Assembly: GCA_035502635.1 (NCBI GenBank)
Contig: DATJUG010000064.1
Coordinates: 29,783-93,782, forward strand
Length of the DNA: 64,000 bases
Source: Bryobacteraceae bacterium
GTDB lineage: Bacteria > Acidobacteriota > Terriglobia > Bryobacterales > Bryobacteraceae
Direction of reading: 5' to 3'
In this document: piece after piece, positions 53,482-63,571 of the stretch
Numbering within the stretch: position 1 is the first letter of the stretch
Layout of the letters: each line of letters begins with the position of its first letter
Made by a program: the position numbers and the translations under genes
Notes under the pieces: generated by a model
The model's database searches: none
Told to the model about the DNA's origin: nothing
Seen by the model: only the letters and a program-made list of their open reading frames with translations

Positions 53482-55617
53482 TTACGGCTGGATCTGCAAG
53501 AAATTGAGCCGGGTCGGCAGCGTGGCCGGTACCTGGAAGAGATTGCTTCCCGTATATTCGCCTGTTAAGAACAGATCAGGGTCTAGGGTCAAAGCACCGC
53601 CGGATACAAGGAACGCCCCCGCCTGCCACTGATCTGCCATCGAGAGAGGCGTTTCGTATGGATATTCAAAAATTGTAGGATTGCTCAAGATACGATGAGG
53701 CAGGATCGGCAACGGCGCAACCGAGGGCATGGTCACAGGGAGCAAGCGCGGATCGATCTGCGCGGCCTTATCGAAGCGGAAGAACCATCCGCTCGACTGC
53801 GCACTTGCGGCGCGTATCACGGCCGACTCCGTGGGATTTGGTACTTCTAAATCGCCATAGCCGAACTGAAATAAGGTCGATTTTGCAGGAACGCCGGCGA
53901 GCGGCAAGGTCTTCAAATGTGGTGCGAAGCTCAGCGGGTCGCCCACCATTCCGACCCATTCCGCTGCTTCAAAGGCCGCTTGGATCGCCATTGCACCCGC
54001 GATTGAGTTAGTAACGGCCGGCATGTCGCGGAAAACATAATTGTCGTTGAAGTCATCGTGGAAGTACGGCTCCGGTGGCGCAATCCCCGCATCTACATTT
54101 AAGAGTGCCGGACTTATCGAAGCGAGATATTCGATCGCTAACGGGCGTCCGGTTATAGCTAGCCGCGCAACATCTACGGACGTGCCCCCTGCACCGTTTA
54201 GCAGTGCGACCTTCTCATTCGGTTCCGTTGCATGAAACAGCGTGCCGTAAGTGCCGCCGAAGGACTGGCCGACATAGTATATCCGTGAGGGATTCAATCC
54301 GAAGCCGAGGCCATTTGTCTTGCGGATAGTCTGCACGAGGGCGAACAGATCTATTGCTGTCTGGCGTCCGCAATCGCGAACCGCGAGAGCCCCAGGCAAT
54401 ATGCAGCCGTCACTCGGACCAATGTTTGTGTTGCCTGGAAGCAGAATGCCGCGCCCCGGTGTCGAGACCGTCTGGACGCCGTTGCTCCCGGTTATGTTTA
54501 CCACGCCTCCTTGACCATAGCCGTGTCCCGTAATCTCGAACGCGAGTGTTGCGATGCCGAGTTGCGCCAACGTAGAGGCGATGTAAGTGGGTGCCCCAAA
54601 TTGGTTGTCGCCTAATCCGTGACCGTAAATAGCGACCGGGTAGCTGCCGCCATTCGAGTTAGCCGCCGGCAGAAACAGATGAAAGGAAACGGGAATATAA
54701 GCTGCCGGTGCGCCGATCGGTTGCGCAGTGGGAGTTACCGGAATACTTCCGCTGGTGGGATCGAGAAACAAGGGAGTCATGAACATCCCAAACGCGATTT
54801 GCCGGACGCCAGAGAGCAGGCTCGGCGTGATTGTTTCGGAGTTGTCCGTGTCGTCCCCGCTGCCTTGTGGGACCCAGGTCATGCTCTGTATGCCAGACAA
54901 ATTGAAGACTGAGGGAGCGCCATTAAGTCCCGCCGGAAGCACGACTGCCGGTTGAATTGCATCCACGAATCGCCGCGCCTGTTCGAGCCAGGCAGTCGCA
55001 CTCATGGTTGTAAAGAGCGAAGCAGTCACAATCTTGTTCGACGACGCCGGCTGCTGATGCATTTTCTGCAACGCGGCCGCGAGCGCCTCGCAGTAGGGAT
55101 CGCTGCTTTGCAGGCAAGCCGTGAATGCGTCGGATGATTTAACTTTCTTGCCGCCGCTATCATGAACCGAATCGGTTACCACCAGCAAATATTGACGTTG
55201 TTGATTCAATACTTGATTCGGCTTTGCAAAGGCGCAGTTACTCGCCGGATCGAAAATAATCTGATTAATGGAAACCGCTGCGCCGCCAGCCACCGGGATG
55301 ATCTGTACTCCGCTCTGCAATGTGCTGGTATCCACAGGGCCGGAAAAGCATGCCATCAGCCGGGAATTCACGCTGAATCCATCCAGTTGATTCAACAGCG
55401 CGGTGTTGCTGCAAACGCTCGGACTGGAAGAGGGATCGCACGTTTCGAACGAAGAGGGAAGATTGATGCGGATGCCTGTCGCCTGCGTTCCGTCATTGAC
55501 GGTCAGCGCGTTTGCTGGGAAGGGACCAACGGTGGGCAGCTCGGGATTATACAGCGCGGTGGTTTGACCGGCCCAAACACAAGAAGCGAGAACGGCGGAA
55601 AGAAAAACAGCTTTCAT
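53482..55617 (-). CDS. Secreted protein with alpha/beta-hydrolase-like domain (711 aa)
   Basis: Signal peptide MKAVFLSAVLASCVWAG. GHGLGDN and the nucleophile-elbow-like YYVGQSFGG suggest an esterase/lipase-type fold. The N-terminal ~200 aa look Ig-like. No precise family recognised. Confidence 0.45.
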   Translation of the reverse strand: MKAVFLSAVLASCVWAGQTTALYNPELPTVGPFPANALTVNDGTQATGIRINLPSSFETCDPSSSPSVCSNTALLNQLDGFSVNSRLMACFSGPVDTSTLQSGVQIIPVAGGAAVSINQIIFDPASNCAFAKPNQVLNQQRQYLLVVTDSVHDSGGKKVKSSDAFTACLQSSDPYCEALAAALQKMHQQPASSNKIVTASLFTTMSATAWLEQARRFVDAIQPAVVLPAGLNGAPSVFNLSGIQSMTWVPQGSGDDTDNSETITPSLLSGVRQIAFGMFMTPLFLDPTSGSIPVTPTAQPIGAPAAYIPVSFHLFLPAANSNGGSYPVAIYGHGLGDNQFGAPTYIASTLAQLGIATLAFEITGHGYGQGGVVNITGSNGVQTVSTPGRGILLPGNTNIGPSDGCILPGALAVRDCGRQTAIDLFALVQTIRKTNGLGFGLNPSRIYYVGQSFGGTYGTLFHATEPNEKVALLNGAGGTSVDVARLAITGRPLAIEYLASISPALLNVDAGIAPPEPYFHDDFNDNYVFRDMPAVTNSIAGAMAIQAAFEAAEWVGMVGDPLSFAPHLKTLPLAGVPAKSTLFQFGYGDLEVPNPTESAVIRAASAQSSGWFFRFDKAAQIDPRLLPVTMPSVAPLPILPHRILSNPTIFEYPYETPLSMADQWQAGAFLVSGGALTLDPDLFLTGEYTGSNLFQVPATLPTRLNFLQIQP

Positions 55618-55756
55618 ATGTATTTCGATTTTGGCAAAATGTTGGGAAACTAGAGAATTAATACTAAATTCATTCGCAGGATTTGCGGAAGGAGAGAACT
55701 ACCGGTAAGCTAACATGCGCCGCAACAGAAGGGTACTCGTACAATAACGAGAGGCG

Positions 55757-57013
55757 ATGGCAAAGATCGCACTGGTTTGCCCTCCGCTGCCCGGCCACTT
55801 GAATCCGATGTTGAGTCTAGGCCGGACGCTGCAGCGGCGAGGCCACGAGGTCAGTTTTTTTCACATTCCCGCCATAGAAGCAAGCATCCGGTCTCACGGT
55901 CTCGGATTTCAGCCCGTGGGAGCCGTTCAGAGCGATGCTCTTGCCGAGTCGATTCGCAAGATGGCCCTTATGGAGGGCCTGGGATCTTTGAGATTCGTAG
56001 TCCGGTGCTCGTGTCAAGTGGCCGAGCTGTTGTGCGAGCAACTTCCAGTTGCTTTCAAGAGGGCGCAGATCGATCTTGTGCTAGCCGATCAGAATGAACC
56101 GGCCGCTGCAACTGTTGCCGAGCACCTCGGTCTGCCGTTCGTCAGCGTGTGCCCCAGTTTGCCCCTGAACCGCGAACCCGATATCCCGCCTCCCTTCATG
56201 CCTTGGCCTTACCGCGCAAGTGCGTGGGGACGCGCCCGCAACCGTATCGGTTATGCGTTTTCAGATCTGCTGATCTCGTCGATCAATCGAGTTATCAACC
56301 GCTATCGACGAGGCTGGAAAATGCAGCCGATTTCCCAGCCCGACGATACATTCTCGCCTTTGGCGCAGCTTTGCCAACTGGTTCGCGAGCTCGATTTCCC
56401 CCGGCGCGAGTTGCCGGCGAGTTTCCATTACGTGGGTCCGTTCTATGAAGCGACGGAAACTTCCGTGTCTTTCCCGTTCGAGCAACTGAACGGAAAGCCG
56501 CTGATTTATGCGTCGCTGGGAACACTTCAGGCACGCAACAGCCGACATTTTCACACCATTGCCGAAGCGTGTGCGGGTCTGGACGCGCAGCTAGTGATCG
56601 CAACCGGCGGCGAATCAGGTAGTCTGCCGCAAAGCCTGCCGGGAGCGCCCCTGGTGGTGAGATATGCGCCGCAGCTCGAAATTCTTGCGAGATCGAGTCT
56701 CACCATCACCCATGCCGGCCTGAATACCGTGATGCAGTCGCTTCTGTTCGGCGTTCCAATGATTGCGCTGCCGATCACGCACGATCAGCCGGCGATTGCC
56801 GCTCGAGTGGCCGGCTCCGGGGCGGGGGAAGTAATTCCCATTAAGAAGCTAAGCGCTGCTGCTCTGCGCGAAGCAGTTGGACGTGTATTGCGCGCGAAGA
56901 GTTATCGCGCTCGTGCCCGTGAACTAAGCGAATCGATCAAGCGTGCCGGCGGCGTCGAGCGCGCTGCAACGATTGTCGAAGACGTGCTTGCAAGAAGCGT
57001 CAGACCGGCATAA
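55757..57013 (+). CDS. GT1-family (UDP-glycosyltransferase/MGT-like) glycosyltransferase
   Basis: N-terminus KIALVCPPLPGHLNPMLSLGRTLQRRGHEV and C-terminal donor-binding block THAGLNTVMQSLLFGVPMIALPITHDQP. Confidence 0.75.
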   Translation: MAKIALVCPPLPGHLNPMLSLGRTLQRRGHEVSFFHIPAIEASIRSHGLGFQPVGAVQSDALAESIRKMALMEGLGSLRFVVRCSCQVAELLCEQLPVAFKRAQIDLVLADQNEPAAATVAEHLGLPFVSVCPSLPLNREPDIPPPFMPWPYRASAWGRARNRIGYAFSDLLISSINRVINRYRRGWKMQPISQPDDTFSPLAQLCQLVRELDFPRRELPASFHYVGPFYEATETSVSFPFEQLNGKPLIYASLGTLQARNSRHFHTIAEACAGLDAQLVIATGGESGSLPQSLPGAPLVVRYAPQLEILARSSLTITHAGLNTVMQSLLFGVPMIALPITHDQPAIAARVAGSGAGEVIPIKKLSAAALREAVGRVLRAKSYRARARELSESIKRAGGVERAATIVEDVLARSVRPA

Positions 57014-58259
57014 TCACTGATTCCTGTTTGGGAATCGCGTCCAGCATTGCCGTTCCAACTTTCAGATGTTGGTCCATTAGTAGATGCGGAGTGTGGGCCA
57101 TCCACTCAGCCAAGGAGATGTCCTGGTATTCCATGCTTTTGAACATCTCGAGAAAGATCAGATCCGTGTCGCCCGTGTTCTCGATGTAATGCGGATTGGA
57201 TATGGGAACGTATCCGACATCCCCCTCCTGGAAGTCCATGGTGCGAGCGTCACTGCCGGCAATGAACAGCGTCATCCGGCCTTGGCCCTGAATGTAATAT
57301 TGCCACTCGTCGGCGTTCGGATGCCAATGCAACTCGCGCAGACCGCCCGGTTTCAGAGTGACGATGGCCGCTGCGATGGGACTTACCGGAAAAATCTTTG
57401 AATCGATAATTTTTACTTCGCCGCCCGGTGTAACTTTGGTCGGCTTCATCGTCTTGGGCCTGAAGGCGAAACTCTTCGGAACAGTACCGGTTCCTTCCGC
57501 TGCCTGAGCCTGCTCGGCTTTCAGCGGCCCCGGAAGGCCTGCCTGGAAGATAAATAACTCCTTCTTAGGAACCTTGTCAAACGTGGATGACGGCACATTG
57601 AAGTTCTTCGCAAGTACTTCCTTGGGCGTGTGCGATAGCCAATCGGTAATCAGGAAGGTATGAAATTCATCGAAGTTTCCGTCATCGAATACAAGCAAGA
57701 ACCTACAGCCGTCCGGTCCCAAGCCCTGAATCGAATGAGGAACGCCTGGCGGAAAGAGCCACAAATCGCCTTGGCCCACGTCCTCCACGAAACTCCGCGC
57801 TTCATGGTCCACTGCCGTGATGCGTGCGTTGCCGTAGAGCATGATGGCCCACTCCGCTTCCACGTGCCAGTGAAGTTCGCGAACGCCTCCGGCGGTGAGC
57901 CGCATTTCTACACCGGCGATGTCCTTTGAGATGGCCAGATCGCGCACCGTAACCTGCCGCGTCCAACCACCGTCCTCAATGCGCTTGCGGGAGAGCGCAA
58001 ACGAATACTTGAAGGGCTTCACGCTGCCGTTGTCGGTCTGTGGAGGCCACACGGAATCCGGATTCTCTTTCGCGAGCGGCAAGTTTCTCGGCCCGGGATC
58101 CGTCTCGTTCGGAGCGTTATGGTGTTCCGTCTGCTGGTTCTGCGGCGAGGCGCCGGCACGTCCAGGTGCGGCAACCGTGACTGCGGCGGCGGCTGTGAGA
58201 GCTGCCGAGCCCAGCTCGAAAATTCCTCGCCGGCTTACTTTTGTATCTTGATCTTTCAT
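57000..58259 (-). CDS. Tat-exported bicupin, oxalate decarboxylase/oxidase family
   Basis: Twin-arginine signal (VSRRGIFELGSAALTAAAA). Two cupin Mn-binding motifs (LRELHWHVEAEW... and LRELHWHPNADEW...). Confidence 0.8.
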   Translation of the reverse strand: MKDQDTKVSRRGIFELGSAALTAAAAVTVAAPGRAGASPQNQQTEHHNAPNETDPGPRNLPLAKENPDSVWPPQTDNGSVKPFKYSFALSRKRIEDGGWTRQVTVRDLAISKDIAGVEMRLTAGGVRELHWHVEAEWAIMLYGNARITAVDHEARSFVEDVGQGDLWLFPPGVPHSIQGLGPDGCRFLLVFDDGNFDEFHTFLITDWLSHTPKEVLAKNFNVPSSTFDKVPKKELFIFQAGLPGPLKAEQAQAAEGTGTVPKSFAFRPKTMKPTKVTPGGEVKIIDSKIFPVSPIAAAIVTLKPGGLRELHWHPNADEWQYYIQGQGRMTLFIAGSDARTMDFQEGDVGYVPISNPHYIENTGDTDLIFLEMFKSMEYQDISLAEWMAHTPHLLMDQHLKVGTAMLDAIPKQESVIMPV

Positions 58260-58310
58260 TTCATTAACTGCTCTCCTTTCTATCGGCTCCTTCGTTATCG
58301 CTAGACCCGT

Positions 58311-59720
58311 TTAGAAGATGTATGTCACATATGCGTACGGATAGTTGTAATCTTTTCCCGGGGTGGCTTGGTTTATAAATGCACCTGTGAATATGTGAGC
58401 AAAACCGAAACCATATGTTACATGTTGATTTTGCTTATAGCGAGCGATTAGGTCCAGTTCCGCGCCAAGATGCTTACTGGTGGCTCTTGGGTCTGCGGCG
58501 ATGGAAATGGCGCCGCTGCTGTTATACACCGCATCGTTTTTGGATGCCAGCCATAGATCGTTGAACACCTGCGTCAAGCCCCACCGTTTGCTGATTGTTT
58601 CGTCAACGCCGATCCGTAAGTCTTCGATATTTCTCCAGCCGAACTGATCGGCAAACTCCATCTTGTCGTGGGCCGAAGGATAAAGCTCATCGTGGGTGCT
58701 CCAGGTGTTGCCATTTGGGCTCTTATTCCCGGAGGCGTAATTGTACTCGCTGAAAATTCTCGGCTTGCCGTGGGCATCGTGAAAGGTATAACCGGCGTTC
58801 CAGTGCCCGCCCCAGGCATCGATCGTGTCGTGTCCCAGCGAGCCGGTCTGCTTGTTCATCTCGATATCGTAGTCGACAGCTTTCCACGCCGTGCCGGCTA
58901 GACGCGCGCCTCCAGTAACCTCGCTGAAGTGGCCACGGTGTTCGGTTTCCGGGAGAGACACGTTGCCCGGCGCTACCCGCCATAGTAAATAGGGTTCCAG
59001 TGTCGCGTGGGGAATGATCCTGCTAAAACTACTGTAGACCCCATACAGATTGTTACCCTCTATGTGGTGATCGATTTGGCCGTCAATGGCGTTGATGACA
59101 GATGCCGCGAATATGCTCACGCTCACTCCCGGCGGGTGGAGATCCATGCGAACGGTGTCGAACGTACGACCCATATTGACCCAGTCGGAGGGTCCGATTA
59201 CGCGCTCATCGCCGAAGCTGAATATCTCCCGGCCGGCAATCAGATCAAACCACCCTTCCGTTGAGCTTCCAAGCTCTATGTAAGCTTCGCGAATGTCCCA
59301 AATGTTCTGGTACGACGGCCCAGTAGCAACATGGTGATTAAAGAAAACCCGTGAATCCTGGGTCACGGCGACTAACTCAAGCCATTTGGTGGGCTGCAGA
59401 TACATCCCGATCCGAAGCTGCGTTAGATCATAGGTGTCGCCGGTGTACCCATAGCTGAGCCCGTCCTGGCTTTCCACGCGATCTCGAAACTGTCCACCGA
59501 ACTGAATCCAGGGTGGGAGCGATTGATCGAGCTGAGTAATTGGGTAAAGCCAACCATCCGGATTGGGTCCTGGTATGCGGAGATCCATGCTCGCGTGGGA
59601 TTCACCAGGCGTGTCCGGCGGGTATAAGTTGATACCGGTAGAATTACTGGATTGGGGAAATGCGTCTTGACATAGCAGAGTGGCCAGAGCAATTGCGCTG
59701 GTAACCAGAACACGAGACAT
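58311..59720 (-). CDS. Outer-membrane beta-barrel, alginate-export (AlgE-like) family candidate
   Basis: Signal peptide, an alternating aromatic beta-strand pattern, FGGQFRDRVE block, and C-terminal ...YAYVTYIF (terminal Phe). Confidence 0.5.
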   Translation of the reverse strand: MSRVLVTSAIALATLLCQDAFPQSSNSTGINLYPPDTPGESHASMDLRIPGPNPDGWLYPITQLDQSLPPWIQFGGQFRDRVESQDGLSYGYTGDTYDLTQLRIGMYLQPTKWLELVAVTQDSRVFFNHHVATGPSYQNIWDIREAYIELGSSTEGWFDLIAGREIFSFGDERVIGPSDWVNMGRTFDTVRMDLHPPGVSVSIFAASVINAIDGQIDHHIEGNNLYGVYSSFSRIIPHATLEPYLLWRVAPGNVSLPETEHRGHFSEVTGGARLAGTAWKAVDYDIEMNKQTGSLGHDTIDAWGGHWNAGYTFHDAHGKPRIFSEYNYASGNKSPNGNTWSTHDELYPSAHDKMEFADQFGWRNIEDLRIGVDETISKRWGLTQVFNDLWLASKNDAVYNSSGAISIAADPRATSKHLGAELDLIARYKQNQHVTYGFGFAHIFTGAFINQATPGKDYNYPYAYVTYIF

Positions 59721-59769
59721 TCACCCTAGTATATTTGGAGTGTTCGAAAGTTACCAAGCAAGGTCCAGG

Positions 59770-62211
59770 TCACTCATAGCGCAAGGCCGCCATGGGCTCA
59801 ATGCGCGAAGCACGCCGTGCCGGCACGAAGCACGCGACCAGCGCGACCGCCATGAGAAGGCTCATGACGGCAAAAATAATAAGTGGATTGCGCGAACCGC
59901 CCTCAATCCAATGCGCGACCACGCCGTTAAACAGCACGCTTAGCAGCAGGCCGGCAGCTAATCCGCCCCCGATGCTCACCGCGGTGGACGAGAAAACGTC
60001 GCGCAGTACATCGCGGCGTTGCGCACCGAGTGCCATGCGTATGCCGAATTCGTTGGTTCTCTGCGCCAGGCTATAGGCAACGACGCTATACAGGCCGACC
60101 GCAGCCAACAATAGCGCCAGCACCGAGAACGCGCCGAACAGAATCGTAACCAGCCGCTCCTGTGCCCACTCCGGCTCGCGCGTGATCCAATGGTCCAAAT
60201 CGCGAATATCGCTGAATACCTGTTGGTCGGGGTTTACATCGCGGATCCGCTCTCGAACGGCATGCAGAATCGACAGCGGAGGTACACGCGTCCGCACCAG
60301 GATCTGGGTCCACATCCGAAGCGCGAACGTATACGGCACGTACGCCGCCGGTTTGACTGCATTGCGCAATCCATCGTCGCGAGCATCGGCGACAACGCCG
60401 ATGATTTGAACCCAGCTATCGCTTCCGGGAACTGTTAGCCCGTATGGCGGCTCCGGTTTTAATTCGGGAAAACGGATTTGACGTCCAATCGCATCGCCAT
60501 TTGGCCAGAACTGCCGCGCCATGGTCTCATTGATAAGAGCGAGATGGGCGCCGCGTACGGTCTCTGCATGGTCCCAGACCCTGCCCCTTTCCAATGGGAT
60601 GTGCAGCACGTTCAGATATTCCGGGCTGATGAGGTTTAAACGTAGATTGGATTGCTCCAGTTTCGGTCTGCCGAAGATCTCAAAGGTGTTGTTCCATCCA
60701 TTGTTCGGAGGAGTGGCATTGGTCGAGATGCCGGCCGATACAACCTCCGGCATGGCCGCTATGCGCTCCAGCAGAGCAGTAAAGTACTGCGACCTCGCCT
60801 GCCAAGTAGTGTAAGTGTTGTCGTGAACCGGGATTCCTACCGACATGGTGTTGTGAGGGTCGTAACCGAGTTGCGTGTGCGCCAAACGGATGAAGCCCGC
60901 CATAGCGCTACCGGCTGCCGTCAGCAGCAGCAATGTAAGTGCAAGCTGTCCGGCGACAAGCAGGTTGTGGGTTCGTCTTCCGCGCACTCCGCCGATCACC
61001 CGGCGCATGCTCGCTTGCATGATCTGCGCCAGCTCGGGGCGGGAAAATTGAAGCGCGGGCGACAGGCCGAATCCGATTCCGGTGAGTAGCGCCAACGCGA
61101 CGCTAAAGATCAGAACGTGGAGATCGACCTGAATCGCCGCTTCTTTCGGAAAGGAATCTTCCGGCAGCCAGCGCACGATCAAAGTTACCGTCCGGTAGGC
61201 GAGCAAGACGCCTAAACCTGCACCGGCTAACGAGAGCGCGATGGATTCAGTCAAGAGTTGACGGACGATGCGATAGCGGCTTGCTCCCATCGCGGCGCGT
61301 ACTGCTAATTCATGCTGGCGCGCTGTGCCGCGGGCCAGCAGCAGAATCGAAACGTTCGCGCATCCGATCACCAGCAGCAAAGCCACCGCTCCAAACAGCA
61401 GCGCAAGAGTGACTCCCAAACGCTTCACAAACTGATCGTTCAGACCTTGCACTTGGACCCGGAACTTTTTCGGAAAATGCGTTGGCGTCTGTTTTGCAAA
61501 CTGTTGCAGAATTGCCTGGAACTGAGCATTCGCAGCTTCATGCGTGACACCAGGCTTGAGCTTGATGAACGGATAGAAGGTGTGGACCGGGTCCGAAGTA
61601 AGTTTCAACGGCAAATATACGCCTGCGTCGGGGCCGCCCCAGGTAAAGCGCGGAGGCATGACGCCCACGATGGTGTAAGTCTTGTGTGCGAGCTGGATTG
61701 TGCGCCCAACGATGTCTGGGCGGCCGTTGAAGTGCCGTTGCCAGAACGTATACAACAGCACGGCGACAGGCTCAGGATCTTTTCCTTCGGGTGCATCCGA
61801 AGGGATCAGCCCGCGCCCTATCAGGGCCGGAACTCCTAAGTGCGCCATCGCATTTCCGGTCAGAAAAACGGCATCGACATTTTCGGGAACGTCCTCACCG
61901 GTGGTTGTCAGACTCCAGTCGTCCTGAGCGGCGACGCTTGCCAGGAAGCTCGCTTGCCGAAGCTGCTGAATCTGTGAGCCGGTCAAGAAAATCCAGCGGT
62001 CGTCTCCGGCGGTGTCTTTGACGATCAAATGCACCATGCGATCGGCATCCGCGTAGGGATATGGATTCATCAAGACGCCATAAACAACGCTGAAGACTGC
62101 GGTGGTAGCGGCGATGCCAAGCGCCAGCGAGATGATCGCGGTTGCGTTGAACCCCGGATTCTTGCGCGCTTGCTGGAAGGCGTAGCGGACGTCCTGAAGG
62201 AATGAATGCAC
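59770..62211 (-). CDS. ADOP-family duplicated ABC-type permease (MacB/FtsX-like)
   Basis: Characteristic N-terminus LQDVRYAFQQARKNPGFNATAIISLALGIAATTAVFSV, and two MacB_PCD plus FtsX 4-TM modules. 813 aa. Confidence 0.85.
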   Translation of the reverse strand: MHSFLQDVRYAFQQARKNPGFNATAIISLALGIAATTAVFSVVYGVLMNPYPYADADRMVHLIVKDTAGDDRWIFLTGSQIQQLRQASFLASVAAQDDWSLTTTGEDVPENVDAVFLTGNAMAHLGVPALIGRGLIPSDAPEGKDPEPVAVLLYTFWQRHFNGRPDIVGRTIQLAHKTYTIVGVMPPRFTWGGPDAGVYLPLKLTSDPVHTFYPFIKLKPGVTHEAANAQFQAILQQFAKQTPTHFPKKFRVQVQGLNDQFVKRLGVTLALLFGAVALLLVIGCANVSILLLARGTARQHELAVRAAMGASRYRIVRQLLTESIALSLAGAGLGVLLAYRTVTLIVRWLPEDSFPKEAAIQVDLHVLIFSVALALLTGIGFGLSPALQFSRPELAQIMQASMRRVIGGVRGRRTHNLLVAGQLALTLLLLTAAGSAMAGFIRLAHTQLGYDPHNTMSVGIPVHDNTYTTWQARSQYFTALLERIAAMPEVVSAGISTNATPPNNGWNNTFEIFGRPKLEQSNLRLNLISPEYLNVLHIPLERGRVWDHAETVRGAHLALINETMARQFWPNGDAIGRQIRFPELKPEPPYGLTVPGSDSWVQIIGVVADARDDGLRNAVKPAAYVPYTFALRMWTQILVRTRVPPLSILHAVRERIRDVNPDQQVFSDIRDLDHWITREPEWAQERLVTILFGAFSVLALLLAAVGLYSVVAYSLAQRTNEFGIRMALGAQRRDVLRDVFSSTAVSIGGGLAAGLLLSVLFNGVVAHWIEGGSRNPLIIFAVMSLLMAVALVACFVPARRASRIEPMAALRYE

Positions 62212-62373
62212 TCTTTACCTCGGCGTAGTGTCTAGGCGTGGTACGCACGTCGGTTGCCGAACGTTACCTATTGTGTAACTCGCTAAGGGTACGCAGGTTT
62301 TCCCCAACAACGTTAAGCCTGCCGGTCCGGGAAAGCGTTCGCTTATCGCTCGTGTTGTGCCGTGCGCGGACAC

Positions 62374-62402
62374 TTGCCCGGTGTAGCGCGCGGGCGTATA
62401 GT
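62374..62402 (+). promoter_or_regulatory. Candidate promoter TTGCCC-N17-TATAGT immediately upstream of the MpaB-like gene (very short or absent leader)
   Basis: Hexamers at 62374-62379 and 62397-62402. The -10 element ends 8 nt before ATG 62411. Pattern match only. Confidence 0.25.
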
Positions 62403-62410
62403 AAGGCTCT

Positions 62411-63559
62411 ATGGCCGCTCCTGTTCCCCAGCCGGATCGCTGGACCGACGAGCTACTCAATCCCATGCGGCAGGTTGGCGATCCGTTGGCCGATGCAGTT
62501 GCGGCCGAGCTGTTCGCGGACGGCGAGATCGCCCGCGTCAACGATCTCATGCGTCATTTGATCGTAAACGAATATCCGGTGCCGGAGAATTTGCCGCCCA
62601 TCGTTCGGGAGTATCTTTCGAAAACGGACACGCTGCCTTCCTGGGCGGATGCAGACCTGATGAAGGCCGGGGAAGCGGTCTTCTGGCGTTTCGGGCCCGA
62701 GATCATCGTTATTTTGCTCTGTTATTCGTTGCCGTTTTGCTATCTGGGGAAAAACGGCGTTCAAGTGCTGGCGCTGACGACGCGGCTCATCAGTAATCCG
62801 GCGCGTCGAATTCTAGAGACTGCGCAGATGGCGATAGATGTAATGCAGCCAGGAGGTCTGACTGACGATCAGGGTCGTGGCCGCCGTACCATACAGAAGG
62901 TTCGCTTGATGCATGCGGCGATCCGCAAACTGGCGCCGACGGCCTCCACCTGGCAAACCGCCTACGGCACACCGGTAAACCAGGAAGACCTCGCGGGAAC
63001 GCTGATGTCGTTCTCCTGGGTGGCTCTCGACGGTTTGCAGCGGTTGGGAATTCAAGTCTCCAGTGCGGATCAAGAAGCTTACCTGCATAGCTGGCTAGTG
63101 GTTGGGCAGTTGCTTGGCGTGTCGCCGGAGATGTTGCCAAAGAACATTGCGGATGCACAATCGCTCGCAGGCGCGATATCACGCAGGCAGTTCGGCGCGT
63201 CGCCTGAGGCGGAGGAGATGACGCAGGCGCTCACGAAAATGATGGCGGACGTAATCCCGGGGAACATGTTTCGCCACATCCCCGCTTTGCTGATTCGGTA
63301 CTTCCTGGGTCAGCAACACGCAGCGTGGCTTGGAATTCAAGAAGCCGAGTGGACGGAACTCGTCTTGGCGCCCCTTCGACTTTTGGGCAGGGAAGCCGGC
63401 GATATCTTAGAAGACTCGCGCGCGATGAGTGCGCTGGCCCAAAAGCTGGGACGCCTATTGATCGAGGCGATAGTATACGTGGACCGCGGAGGCGATCGGC
63501 CGGGTTTCAGCGTCCCCGCGCAGCTTCGGCAGCAATGGGGAGTGAACTGGGTCGCCTAG
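62411..63559 (+). CDS. MpaB/rubber-oxygenase-like (DUF2236) family protein
   Basis: N-terminal GDPLAD...LPSWAD.. and ...IQKVRLMHAAIR.. blocks that I associate with DUF2236 oxygenases. 382 aa. Confidence 0.55.
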   Translation: MAAPVPQPDRWTDELLNPMRQVGDPLADAVAAELFADGEIARVNDLMRHLIVNEYPVPENLPPIVREYLSKTDTLPSWADADLMKAGEAVFWRFGPEIIVILLCYSLPFCYLGKNGVQVLALTTRLISNPARRILETAQMAIDVMQPGGLTDDQGRGRRTIQKVRLMHAAIRKLAPTASTWQTAYGTPVNQEDLAGTLMSFSWVALDGLQRLGIQVSSADQEAYLHSWLVVGQLLGVSPEMLPKNIADAQSLAGAISRRQFGASPEAEEMTQALTKMMADVIPGNMFRHIPALLIRYFLGQQHAAWLGIQEAEWTELVLAPLRLLGREAGDILEDSRAMSALAQKLGRLLIEAIVYVDRGGDRPGFSVPAQLRQQWGVNWVA

Positions 63560-63571
63560 CACCAGCGCGCA

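Noticed and set aside
53432-53520. A complete tRNA gene (including a long-variable-arm type II tRNA) on the minus strand.
   Set aside because: No 5' acceptor strand complementary to CGCTTTG, no D-arm and no foldable anticodon stem in the preceding ~90 nt. The upstream part is the 3' end of the 711-aa ORF.
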